From an uncultured Candidatus Saccharibacteria bacterium (lineage in GTDB: Bacteria; Patescibacteriota; Minisyncoccia; Phycocordibacterales; UBA9973), in NCBI GenBank assembly GCA_964441495.1, contig CAYTXV010000003.1, forward strand, positions 3,137 to 67,136: a stretch of DNA of 64,000 nt. The letters run 5' to 3'. Shown in pieces: positions 55,309 to 63,779 of this stretch. Each line of letters starts with the position of its first letter. The first letter of the stretch is position 1. Below the pieces are notes generated by a model. The model did no database searches and had not been told where the DNA came from. It saw nothing but the letters and a program-made list of their open reading frames with translations. A program made the position numbers and the translations under genes.

Positions 55309-55998
55309 TTAAAATTGATTGAACCGCAGATCACCCTGGTATGCGAGTCGCACATCAGTGATGCCGTACTTTACATTTGCGAGACGATCGAGTCCCATAC
55401 CAAATGCAAATCCAGTGACCTTGTCTGGATCGTACTTCACATTCCTGAGCACATTGGGATGCACCATACCTGCACCACAGACCTCAAGCCACTTTTCTCC
55501 AACTTTCACATCTACCTCAAATCCTGGTTCCACAAATGGAAAGAAGCTCGGACGAAGTCTGATCTCGGTTGCTTCCCCAAAGAGTTCTTTAAAAAATGAA
55601 AGTAGTGTTCCCTTGAGATGCTCAACAGTGATACCCTCTCCTACGACGAGCCCCTCGAGCTGATGAAACTGCATCTCATGTGTGGCATCTGTTGCTTCAT
55701 TGCGAAACACCTTTCCAGGTACGACGATTGCAAATGGTGGTTTATGGTTTTCCATATAACGAATCTGCACCGGGGAGGTATGTGTGCGGAGCACTTTGCC
55801 CTCTTGTCCCTTAATCCAAAACGTATCCTGCATGTCACGAGCCGGATGATCCTTGGGGACATTGAGCGCGTCAAAGTTGTGCCACTCATCCTCAAGCTCT
55901 GGCCCAAGTGCGACTGAGAAGCCTTGTTTGGCAAGGATGTTGACTGCTTCTTCGGTGACGAGGGTGAGTGGGTGGAGCGCTCCTTTAGGTATTTCCAT
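55309..55998 (-). CDS. pheS: Phenylalanyl-tRNA synthetase alpha subunit, catalytic core only (229 aa)
   Basis: HPLTLV..., [68 protein letters not shown]. Confidence 0.92.
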   Translation of the reverse strand: MEIPKGALHPLTLVTEEAVNILAKQGFSVALGPELEDEWHNFDALNVPKDHPARDMQDTFWIKGQEGKVLRTHTSPVQIRYMENHKPPFAIVVPGKVFRNEATDATHEMQFHQLEGLVVGEGITVEHLKGTLLSFFKELFGEATEIRLRPSFFPFVEPGFEVDVKVGEKWLEVCGAGMVHPNVLRNVKYDPDKVTGFAFGMGLDRLANVKYGITDVRLAYQGDLRFNQF

Positions 55999-56005
55999 TA
56001 GGGAA

Positions 56006-56013
56006 ACTATACA
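56006..56013 (-). promoter_or_regulatory. Extended -10 promoter TGTATAGT, 7 nt before pheS ATG; leaderless-type
   Basis: Minus strand TGTATAGT-ttcccta-ATG. Confidence 0.5.
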
Positions 56014-56035
56014 GAAAATATGGGGTTTTTACAAT

Positions 56036-56977
56036 TTACTTAAATAGATGTTTGATTTTTTGAAGCATCTTCCCAAACGAACTCTTCACTTTCCCTGGAC
56101 ACCCTTTCGGGCAATGGGTAAATCCTTTCTTTTCTAGTTGTATCTTTTCGCAAGACTCACAAATGATGAACTGTCCATTGCAGCCACCGTCTCGACAATC
56201 GACGATGTTTTCTGATTGTGCGCCGCAACTCTCACACTTGCCCACGATCACGTGCTTAGGATCATCGGTGTAGAACCCCATCGCAACACGCGCATCAAAG
56301 ACATAGAGCTTGCCATGAAAGTCTTCGTTCGGATACTTCTCCATATACGAGACGATGCCGCCATCGAGCTGGTACACATCTTTGAACCCTTGGGTGATGA
56401 GGTAGCCACTTGCCTTCTCACAGCGCACGCCACCAGTACACACCGTGAGCACTGTCTTGTCTTTGAGATGCGCGAGACTTTTGATGAATTTGGGCAAGTC
56501 GCGGAAGTTGTCCATCGGAGGACAGATCGAGTCTTTGAAGTGTCCGATCGCGTGCTCGTATGCGTTGCGCATATCAACGATGTAGAACTCTTTGCCGGTT
56601 TTGATCCACTCGTGAAGTTCTTCTGGTTTGAGGTGTACCCCCGTCGTTTGATTGGGATCGACATCACATACACCGAGATGGAGTGACACAATCTCTGGGC
56701 GCACTTTTACAGAGAGCCTCGGGAAGGCATTACCTGTGCCAACACTTCGCTTCATGTGGATGTTCAGGAATCTCGGATCAGCCTCCATTTCTTTGATGAA
56801 GGCTTCGGTGTTTTCTACTGTACCTTCGAGTGTGATATTGATGCCTTCCGATGCGACAATCAATCGTCCTTTAAGGCCAAGATTCTCACAGAGCGCGCGA
56901 AGCCAATCCCGCACTACTTCAGGGTTGTCGATGTGCACGTATTTATAGAAAAGGAGGATTTGATACTGACTATTCAT
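56036..56977 (-). CDS. trhO: Rhodanese-domain protein UPF0176 (TrhO-like tRNA U34 hydroxylase)
   Basis: ILLFYKYVHIDNPE..., LKGRLIVASEGINITLEG, rhodanese CTGGVRCEKA, C-terminal Cys cluster. Confidence 0.85.
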   Translation of the reverse strand: MNSQYQILLFYKYVHIDNPEVVRDWLRALCENLGLKGRLIVASEGINITLEGTVENTEAFIKEMEADPRFLNIHMKRSVGTGNAFPRLSVKVRPEIVSLHLGVCDVDPNQTTGVHLKPEELHEWIKTGKEFYIVDMRNAYEHAIGHFKDSICPPMDNFRDLPKFIKSLAHLKDKTVLTVCTGGVRCEKASGYLITQGFKDVYQLDGGIVSYMEKYPNEDFHGKLYVFDARVAMGFYTDDPKHVIVGKCESCGAQSENIVDCRDGGCNGQFIICESCEKIQLEKKGFTHCPKGCPGKVKSSFGKMLQKIKHLFK

Positions 56978-57006
56978 AGACGAGAGCTTAGCAAATTTCT
57001 ATCAAT

Positions 57007-57441
57007 TTACCAATTGTGCTCCCCTTCTTCATCTTCACGAATTTCAGTATCACTCTTTTGTAAATCAAGACAGACACCGTTCATGCAGTACCGCTTCCCA
57101 GTTGCAGTTGGACCATCCGGGAAGACGTGGCCGAGGTGTGAACCACATCGGGCACAGACGACTTCAGTCCGGTGCATACCGTGACTGTCATCTACTCGTT
57201 CCTCTACCGAGCCAGGGATCGCCTGATCAAAACTTGGCCACCCTGTGCCCGAGTCAAACTTCGCATCACTTGCAAAGAGCGGGTTGCCGCACGCCGCACA
57301 CATATATGTACCGTCGGCTTTTTCATGTACAAGCGCACTACTCATCGGTGCTTCTGTTCCCTTTCCACGGAGTACTTCGTACTGCTCCGGTGTGAGCTCA
57401 ACCTTCCACTCTTCTTCGGTTTTGATGATTTTGTTTACCAT
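57007..57441 (-). CDS. msrB: Peptide-methionine (R)-S-oxide reductase
   Basis: YMCAACGNPLF, GWPSF, CARCGSHLGHVF, RYCMNG. Confidence 0.95.
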   Translation of the reverse strand: MVNKIIKTEEEWKVELTPEQYEVLRGKGTEAPMSSALVHEKADGTYMCAACGNPLFASDAKFDSGTGWPSFDQAIPGSVEERVDDSHGMHRTEVVCARCGSHLGHVFPDGPTATGKRYCMNGVCLDLQKSDTEIREDEEGEHNW

Positions 57442-57446
57442 AAAAA

Positions 57447-57998
57447 TTATTTCTTATAGATATCTTGCAATAGATCTGCGTACTTTGCCTGCACCTTCTC
57501 AAGTTTGGGATTAATCACTGCAATACAGTACCCGGCGTTCTGGTGATTTGAATAATAGTCCTTGTGATAGTCTTCTGCTTCATAAAACGTCGGAAGTGGT
57601 TCGACTGTGGTGACAATCGGCGCGCCGTGTTCGTTTGACGCATTTGCTTCCGCGATGAACTTTTCTACGGCAACCTTTTGCTCCTCGGTCGTATAAAAGA
57701 CAACTGACCGATACTGCGTACCGATATCTGCACCTTGCTGATTGAGTGTCGTCGGGTCGTGACTACCAAAGAATACCGTGAGTAAATCTTCGTACTTCAC
57801 AAGCGATGGATCATACTCGACCTGCACCACTTCGACGTGCCCAGTCGTACCCGTACACACTTGTTCATATGTCGGGTTTGGCATGCTTCCACCTGCATAT
57901 CCAGGTACAACACTGCTAACCCCTTTCATCATCTTGAACACTGCCTCCGTGCACCAAAAGCATCCTCCTCCAAATACCGCTGTGTTTGTCTTTTTCAC
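57447..57998 (-). CDS. msrA: Peptide-methionine (S)-S-oxide reductase
   Basis: GTG start; AVFGGGCFWCTEAVF, GYAGG, GHVEVVQVEYDP, QYRS. Confidence 0.95.
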   Translation of the reverse strand: MKKTNTAVFGGGCFWCTEAVFKMMKGVSSVVPGYAGGSMPNPTYEQVCTGTTGHVEVVQVEYDPSLVKYEDLLTVFFGSHDPTTLNQQGADIGTQYRSVVFYTTEEQKVAVEKFIAEANASNEHGAPIVTTVEPLPTFYEAEDYHKDYYSNHQNAGYCIAVINPKLEKVQAKYADLLQDIYKK

Positions 57999-58032
57999 AT
58001 CTTTACTATAACAGAGTTGTTAAGTAAAAGTT

Positions 58033-58548
58033 TTAGATATTTAATTCCTTTCTCAAAAGAAGTTCTTTCACCTTATCGCGAAGTCCGTAAATATTTGTTA
58101 CTTTTTTCAGATTCTCATCATTACTTCCCTTAAGGTTAACAATAATTTCAATTAGATAATCTTTTTTATAGACATATCCATCCGGAGCAACTATATCACC
58201 TATTTCATTTAAATTTTGTGTAAGACCTCGAAGATCAAAAGAGGTGTTGATTTTACTTTTATTTATTGTTTCTAAATCAGACTTTTCTACTTTTGAATCA
58301 GCGTAAAACTCTTTCTCTGGTTGATCTTCTACTGATTCAACACTCTCTGGTTTGACAGTGGTAGCTTCTCGAATCTTGGTAATTAAAGCATTTAATTCTC
58401 CTTGTTTTACTTCTAATTCGGTATCAATGCTTTCACCAGCAATTTTTCTATCTATCAGATTTCTCACCTCCTCAGAAAGAGTAGGTAGTTGAAGCTTTAA
58501 TGCTTCTATAGAATCATTGTTCGTAAGATTTTCTATTGTGTTTTCCAT
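58033..58548 (-). CDS. Hypothetical protein, coiled-coil rich, AT-rich gene
   Basis: 171 aa from ATG 58548 (MENTIEN); no family recognised. Confidence 0.5.
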   Translation of the reverse strand: MENTIENLTNNDSIEALKLQLPTLSEEVRNLIDRKIAGESIDTELEVKQGELNALITKIREATTVKPESVESVEDQPEKEFYADSKVEKSDLETINKSKINTSFDLRGLTQNLNEIGDIVAPDGYVYKKDYLIEIIVNLKGSNDENLKKVTNIYGLRDKVKELLLRKELNI

Positions 58549-58569
58549 ATAATGACAGTATACCACTTA

Positions 58570-60309
58570 CTACCGCTCCCCGACCTGTTGGCGCCACATC
58601 GCTTGGTACAGTCCTTGTTTTGCAATGAGCTCATCGTGCGTACCGCTTTCACTGATAGACCCCTTTTCGAGTACATAGATCCGATCTGCGTGCATGATGG
58701 TCGAGAGTCGGTGCGCGATGAGGATCGTGATGCGTTCGTTTGTCCCAGAGACATCTTTGATTGTCTTACTGATTTCTTCTTCGGTGATACTATCGAGCGC
58801 ACTTGTCGCCTCATCAAAGATAAGAATGTTAGGATTGCGCAAAAGCGCGCGAGCGATCGAGAGGCGCTGTTTCTCTCCACCAGAGACCTTCACGCCACCT
58901 TCGCCGATGACTGTGTCGAGTCCTTTGCCGCCGCGCTCAAGAAGGTTGGCACATTGTGCTTTGTAGAGCGCATTGAGACACTCTGCGTCGGTTGCGCGTG
59001 GATTTACAAACAACAAGTTTTCACGAATAGTTCCTGAGAAAAGCTGCGTGTCTTGTGTCACAAAGCCGATCTGTGTGCGAAGCTCGTCTTTGTCGATGTC
59101 TTTGTATGAGATGCCGTTGTAGACAATGTCGCCGGTTGTTGGCTCGTAGAGGCCAACGAGGAGCTTCACGAGCGAGGTCTTGCCTGATCCTGATGGCCCG
59201 ACAAATGCAATCGTCTCTCCTTGTTTAACACTGTAGCTGATATCCGTGAGCGCTTGAGTAGAAGCAGATTTATAACCAAATGAGACATCCTTAAATGAAA
59301 GCGTGGTCACTTCTCCTACCTGAACAGGACTCTCAGGCCGAGGCTCGGGTTTGGTCTCCATAAGCGCTTGATAGTTAGCAAGGGACGCTTCTGCCTGGCG
59401 ATAGGTTGCGATATATCCTGCAATCTGAGTAAGCGGGAAAAACAATATCCATGAATAAATATTGAGAGAAAAATACTGCCCCAGTGTGATACGCTGCGTA
59501 AAGATGAGGTAGAACAAAAAGAAATACAGTCCTGCGCGTACTGCGTTGGTCACAGTACCCTGGATGAAATCAAGCATGCGCAGATATTTGAGTTTCTTGA
59601 GCTCGAGTTTCAAAATTTTTTCGGTTGTTGTATTGAGTCGATCAACCTCCTGCCCAGTGAGTCCTAGGCTTTTTACCAATTCAATATTGCGCAAACTTTC
59701 GGTGGTTGCTCCAGCGAGCGCTGTTGTTTCTGCAACAATAACCTTTTGAATCGTTTTAATTTTCTTTGAAAAAAGTACTGTAATCGTACCGATAATGACA
59801 ATCATGCCTATGTACACTACTGGTATCAACCAAAAGATAGTTGCTGCATACACCATGATGAAGACAAGGATGATCGCAGAAATGAGAATCACATTGATTG
59901 TATCCTGAAGTAACTTTTCGGTATCCTGTCGAGCTTTTTGCAATTTACCAAGCGTCTCCCCGCTTCGTTCATCTTCAAAGACTCCGTACGGCAGCTCGAG
60001 CGAGTGACGAACACCTTCGCGATACATATCTGCACCACTGCGCTGTGTTACTGTGTTGAGATAATAGTCTTGGAAGTTTTTGGCAATGCGAGACACGAGT
60101 GCGGTACCCATAAATGCAAGCAGAAGAAGTCCTGTTCCACGGAAAAACTCAGCCCGAGTAAGCTCACTAAATCGTAGCGCGTAGTTGTCGATGATGCGCT
60201 GATAGATGATCGGTTCAACAAGTGAAAAAAGTTGATTGATGATCGCAAGGACGATCACCAAGAGACACATCTTCCAGTATTTGCGCAGGTATTGTTTGAG
60301 GATTTGCAT
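58570..60309 (-). CDS. ABC exporter, fused permease/ATPase (MsbA/multidrug type)
   Basis: 6-TM N-domain; GPSGSGKTSL, VSGGEKQRLSIARA, ILIFDEATSALD. Confidence 0.92.
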   Translation of the reverse strand: MQILKQYLRKYWKMCLLVIVLAIINQLFSLVEPIIYQRIIDNYALRFSELTRAEFFRGTGLLLLAFMGTALVSRIAKNFQDYYLNTVTQRSGADMYREGVRHSLELPYGVFEDERSGETLGKLQKARQDTEKLLQDTINVILISAIILVFIMVYAATIFWLIPVVYIGMIVIIGTITVLFSKKIKTIQKVIVAETTALAGATTESLRNIELVKSLGLTGQEVDRLNTTTEKILKLELKKLKYLRMLDFIQGTVTNAVRAGLYFFLFYLIFTQRITLGQYFSLNIYSWILFFPLTQIAGYIATYRQAEASLANYQALMETKPEPRPESPVQVGEVTTLSFKDVSFGYKSASTQALTDISYSVKQGETIAFVGPSGSGKTSLVKLLVGLYEPTTGDIVYNGISYKDIDKDELRTQIGFVTQDTQLFSGTIRENLLFVNPRATDAECLNALYKAQCANLLERGGKGLDTVIGEGGVKVSGGEKQRLSIARALLRNPNILIFDEATSALDSITEEEISKTIKDVSGTNERITILIAHRLSTIMHADRIYVLEKGSISESGTHDELIAKQGLYQAMWRQQVGER

Positions 60310-60317
60310 AGGCGGCT

Positions 60318-60326
60318 AGTATAGCA
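60318..60326 (-). promoter_or_regulatory. Extended -10 promoter TGCTATACT(AG), 8 nt before ATG; leaderless-type
   Basis: Minus strand TGCTATACTAG-ccgcct-ATG. Confidence 0.55.
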
Positions 60327-60357
60327 GAAAGCCCCCGATTCGGGAGCTTCGCACTAC

Positions 60358-60858
60358 CTATTGATTCATCGGCATATCGACACCACCCCAGAGGTTTGAG
60401 GTACCAAGCGATGTGTTACCAGAAGCTTTGATGTAGAGGAAGAGCTGCATTTTGTACGCAGCAAGCCACTTGAGTATACTCTCGACAAGATACACCGCCT
60501 TTGGTTTGTCCCCCATGCCATACATGTTGATCACTGTCGCAAAGTCTTCATCAGTATACTGCGCGAGAATTTCTTTGAACTTCGCTTCTTGTCTATCCAT
60601 CATGTCAGCAAAGTTTGCAACGCTAACCTCTGCACTCGAGGGCATAAGTGTGCTGTAGAGCGACATGTCGTTTTTCAATATAACTTCAGCAGTTGCTGCA
60701 AAAACAACCGCGACATATTGGAGGAGTTCGAGTGTGCTTCGCTGTCCTTCAGTCGGTTTGTATCCGTCGGTACCTGCAGGGATCTTTTCTGCAAGGTGTT
60801 TATAGATACGAAACTCATTGGTGACAGCGTCGAGAAATTGTTCTTTGGTGTATAGCAT
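60358..60858 (-). CDS. Hypothetical protein, possibly DinB-like four-helix bundle
   Basis: 166 aa, helical; weak resemblance only. Confidence 0.4.
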   Translation of the reverse strand: MLYTKEQFLDAVTNEFRIYKHLAEKIPAGTDGYKPTEGQRSTLELLQYVAVVFAATAEVILKNDMSLYSTLMPSSAEVSVANFADMMDRQEAKFKEILAQYTDEDFATVINMYGMGDKPKAVYLVESILKWLAAYKMQLFLYIKASGNTSLGTSNLWGGVDMPMNQ

Positions 60859-60866
60859 AGAGTGCT

Positions 60867-60875
60867 AGTATAGCA
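60867..60875 (-). promoter_or_regulatory. Extended -10 promoter TGCTATACT(AG), 8 nt before ATG; leaderless-type
   Basis: Minus strand TGCTATACTAG-cactct-ATG. Confidence 0.55.
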
Positions 60876-60877
60876 GA

Positions 60878-61498
60878 CTACGGCAATGTGAAGAATCCAA
60901 GCCACACTGATACAAAGTTGAGCACTGCATGCATGGCGCAGACAAGTACAATGTTTGGATAGCGTTCATACAGATATGAAAACGTCACCCCTGCTACTGC
61001 TGCAAGCGGAAGCCCGATGAGTGGGAACGGATACATGATATGCAGAAACGTAAAAAGTGCGGTGTTCAGGAGTACTCGTACCCATAAACGATCAGTGAGT
61101 ACTCGCAACCGCTGGACGAGAAATGTTCGATACGCGATTTCTTGTAGCACCGAAAGCGGAATAAAAAAGAGGATCAGTTCTGGACGAGCTCGAAGTGCAA
61201 AGGTGTCGAGCGGTACAAACCCAACGACTGCCGCAAACCATTTGAGTGCTACCACGCCGACAATAGTGATGCTACTGTACCAAACCACTGCGCGCCCAAG
61301 TCGTATCGGGCCAAGCCCTACCATCTCTTTGGTCCACCGTTCATGTTTGATGATAGACAAAAGGATGAGCGAAACTGATAGAAGTACAATCACCCGCCAC
61401 TCAATCGGGATGATGTTGAAGTAGATAAGGAGTACCGGCGCAACAAAAAACGTGATGATTTCGATACCTATATCCTTTTTGGAATGTGTGGGATGCAT
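60878..61498 (-). CDS. CPBP-family intramembrane glutamic endopeptidase (CAAX protease-like)
   Basis: LQEIAYRTFL (EExxxR-like), FTFLHIMY, AMHAVLNF motifs. Confidence 0.8.
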   Translation of the reverse strand: MHPTHSKKDIGIEIITFFVAPVLLIYFNIIPIEWRVIVLLSVSLILLSIIKHERWTKEMVGLGPIRLGRAVVWYSSITIVGVVALKWFAAVVGFVPLDTFALRARPELILFFIPLSVLQEIAYRTFLVQRLRVLTDRLWVRVLLNTALFTFLHIMYPFPLIGLPLAAVAGVTFSYLYERYPNIVLVCAMHAVLNFVSVWLGFFTLP

Positions 61499-61505
61499 GT
61501 AATTG

Positions 61506-61578
61506 GGGGCCTATCGGGAATCGAACCCGAATCGAAGGTTCCACAAACCTCAGTGTTAACCGTTACACCATAAGCCCC
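61506..61578 (-). tRNA. tRNA-His (GUG) with genomically encoded G-1; CCA not encoded
   Basis: Hand-folded cloverleaf: G(-1)+GGGCTTA acceptor, D stem GTGT/ACAC, anticodon loop TTGTGGA, T arm TCGGG-TTCGATT-CCCGA, discriminator C. Confidence 0.9.
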
Positions 61579-61607
61579 ATGTGGCGCGACTTTCGTTATA
61601 CCAGATT

Positions 61608-62591
61608 TTATTGCCCTTGACTAGGAGGCTGCTGGTAACGGACAACGACTCGTTCGTAGACCTGTGAAATGAGAACAATGGTCGCCACCACTACAACGTA
61701 CAGTGCAATACCCTCTCGAAGTGGGAGTGCGATCCGTCGAAGTGAACCGAGTATAAACGCGGTATACCAACTCGTGATAGAGATTGCTCCGAGCGCAAAT
61801 GCAAGTCTACGAAATCGTCGCGCAGGAACGATGTTTTGAAATGAGAACATGCGCATTCGTGGCGCCACAAGCAGGTTGAGCAAAAATCCATTGATCGTGA
61901 TCACTGATACGACAACGAGTTTGAGAAGGAACTTTGCCGACACGTCTAGTCGTGCTTGGTCTGGCAAGTACAACATGATGCCACTTGCAACAAGTATCGC
62001 AAGTCCAATCCATATAACTGCAGAGAGCATATCCATAGTCGCCTTTTCTTGCTCGGTGATGACATGGTCGCGCAAAAATCTGAAAAAGAGTACGTCGGTG
62101 ATCGTCGCACCACCAAGGCCAAGCACAAATCCGATGTTGTGCACGATCACCCAAAATAATCGCTGTGAACCGATAAGTGCAAACAGTTCTGTTGTTGGTA
62201 GGCCCCAGAGCGATAGGACAAGAAGTACGTTTGCTGCTGCAGATCCGAGGCACCACAGACACCACGCACGGATCACAAGAGCTTGGAGCGCAATGAGATA
62301 GATACTAAAGAGCGCTCCTGCAATAGTAAGTGCAACAAGTACCCACAAAAGCCCTGGTGCCACGACCCCAAATCCAACCGCACTCCAGAGTACGAGCTGT
62401 AGTACATAGTAGCCGATACCGAGTACTTCGTTGTTGATACCAAGCGTCGTTGCGTGTGTACTATGTACAACCTTGTCGCAGTTACTCTCTCTCGGACAAA
62501 CGAGTCGTGTCTTGGTTTGTTTCTTTTTGAAAATATAGAGCGATACTCCGAGTCCGAGTATCGCACCGATGATCCCGAGGATTGTTACCAT
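61608..62591 (-). CDS. Vitamin K epoxide reductase (VKOR)-family protein fused to an additional polytopic membrane domain
   Basis: N-terminal loop Cys pair CPRESNC, CLWC redox motif in a TM helix; ~190-aa C-terminal TM domain unassigned. Confidence 0.7.
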   Translation of the reverse strand: MVTILGIIGAILGLGVSLYIFKKKQTKTRLVCPRESNCDKVVHSTHATTLGINNEVLGIGYYVLQLVLWSAVGFGVVAPGLLWVLVALTIAGALFSIYLIALQALVIRAWCLWCLGSAAANVLLVLSLWGLPTTELFALIGSQRLFWVIVHNIGFVLGLGGATITDVLFFRFLRDHVITEQEKATMDMLSAVIWIGLAILVASGIMLYLPDQARLDVSAKFLLKLVVVSVITINGFLLNLLVAPRMRMFSFQNIVPARRFRRLAFALGAISITSWYTAFILGSLRRIALPLREGIALYVVVVATIVLISQVYERVVVRYQQPPSQGQ

Positions 62592-62604
62592 ACGCAGTAG
62601 TATA

Positions 62605-63612
62605 TCAAATCATCGTTTCTGTTTTGTACACACTCACAAGTGCATACATAAATGAAATCGCAAGTGGACCAATGAGTATACCAATAGGACCCATGAGTGC
62701 GAGTGCCCCAAGGATAGAAAAAAGTACAAGAAGCGGATGGATGTCTATCTTGCGTCCCACCAAAAGCGGGTTGAGCATGTTGTCGACTGTGCCAACAAGC
62801 GCAGCTGCCCAGATACCAAGCCCGATAGCCTGAGCACTATCGCCCGAAACGATAAGGTAGAGCACCGCAGGGATAGCAACGAGTGCAGTGCCGATCGTCG
62901 GGATGAGTGATGCGATACCAGAGAGCACTCCCCAGAGCGCAGCGTTGGGTACACCAAATATCCACAAACCAACACCCATGAGCACTCCCTGAACAATCGC
63001 AATAAGCAAGTAGCCTTTGACGATACCGTTCACCGCAAGGCGCATCTTTTCGATGATGGCGTGATCACTTGCATCCGAAAGTGGACTCAGTCGAAGCAGT
63101 GTCTCTTTCCAACGAAGTCCGTCTTTGAGGAAGTAAAACATTGAGAGTATCACAAGTGTAAATCCAAACAGTGTTGAAAGTGTGGCACTAAACGCACTCC
63201 CTACCCGAGCAGAAAGATTTCCTACTACAGAAGTGATACTCTCGTTGAGATTGATCACACCACCGGGGACCATACGACTTATCGATTGATTAAAGAGGCT
63301 CGTGATGTTGTCGAACCCTCCATGCTGGACAACCCATGTTTGGATATTTTGTGTTTGTTGAAACACAAGCGTCCCCACGGTCAGGAGCGGGATGCATAGC
63401 ACAATAATAAAAAGAATAATCGTCAGCAGTGCCGCAACCCACGAAACACCGAGTTTGCGCTTCAAAAAGCGATGCACAGGATACAACACTGCAGAAAGCG
63501 CAAGTGAAAGAATGATCACTTTTACAAACGGCCATAGTATGAGTACGGTGAGTACTCCCCCAACCAACAATAGTCCCCCATAAAAGTATCGTCGCACAGC
63601 GTGGTCTTGCAT
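62605..63612 (-). CDS. AI-2E family transporter (second paralog)
   Basis: 8-TM profile; GIASLIPTIGTALVAIPAVL and HPLLVLFSILGALALMGPIGILIGP blocks. Confidence 0.85.
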   Translation of the reverse strand: MQDHAVRRYFYGGLLLVGGVLTVLILWPFVKVIILSLALSAVLYPVHRFLKRKLGVSWVAALLTIILFIIVLCIPLLTVGTLVFQQTQNIQTWVVQHGGFDNITSLFNQSISRMVPGGVINLNESITSVVGNLSARVGSAFSATLSTLFGFTLVILSMFYFLKDGLRWKETLLRLSPLSDASDHAIIEKMRLAVNGIVKGYLLIAIVQGVLMGVGLWIFGVPNAALWGVLSGIASLIPTIGTALVAIPAVLYLIVSGDSAQAIGLGIWAAALVGTVDNMLNPLLVGRKIDIHPLLVLFSILGALALMGPIGILIGPLAISFMYALVSVYKTETMI

Positions 63613-63661
63613 ATAAACAAAGTATACACTATAGTACCCAGTACATTCTTTTCAAGAATTT

Positions 63662-63745
63662 GCGCGGGTGGCGAAACTGGTAGACGCACTACCTTGAGGT
63701 GGTAGCGGGAGCAATCCTATGGAGGTTCAAGTCCTCTCTCGCGCA
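63662..63745 (+). tRNA. tRNA-Leu (GAG), class II long variable arm; CCA not encoded
   Basis: Hand-folded: acceptor GCGCGGG/CTCGCGC, D arm GCG-AAACTGGTAGA-CGC, anticodon loop TTGAGGT, variable arm, T arm GGAGG-TTCAAGT-CCTCT. Confidence 0.92.
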
Positions 63746-63750
63746 CAATG

Positions 63751-63778
63751 CAAAATCCCCACATGTGGGGATTTTGTT
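63751..63778. terminator. Bidirectional terminator between tRNA-Leu and rplS
   Basis: ATCCCCA-catg-TGGGGAT stem flanked by AAAA and TTTT. Confidence 0.75.
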
Positions 63779-63779
63779 A

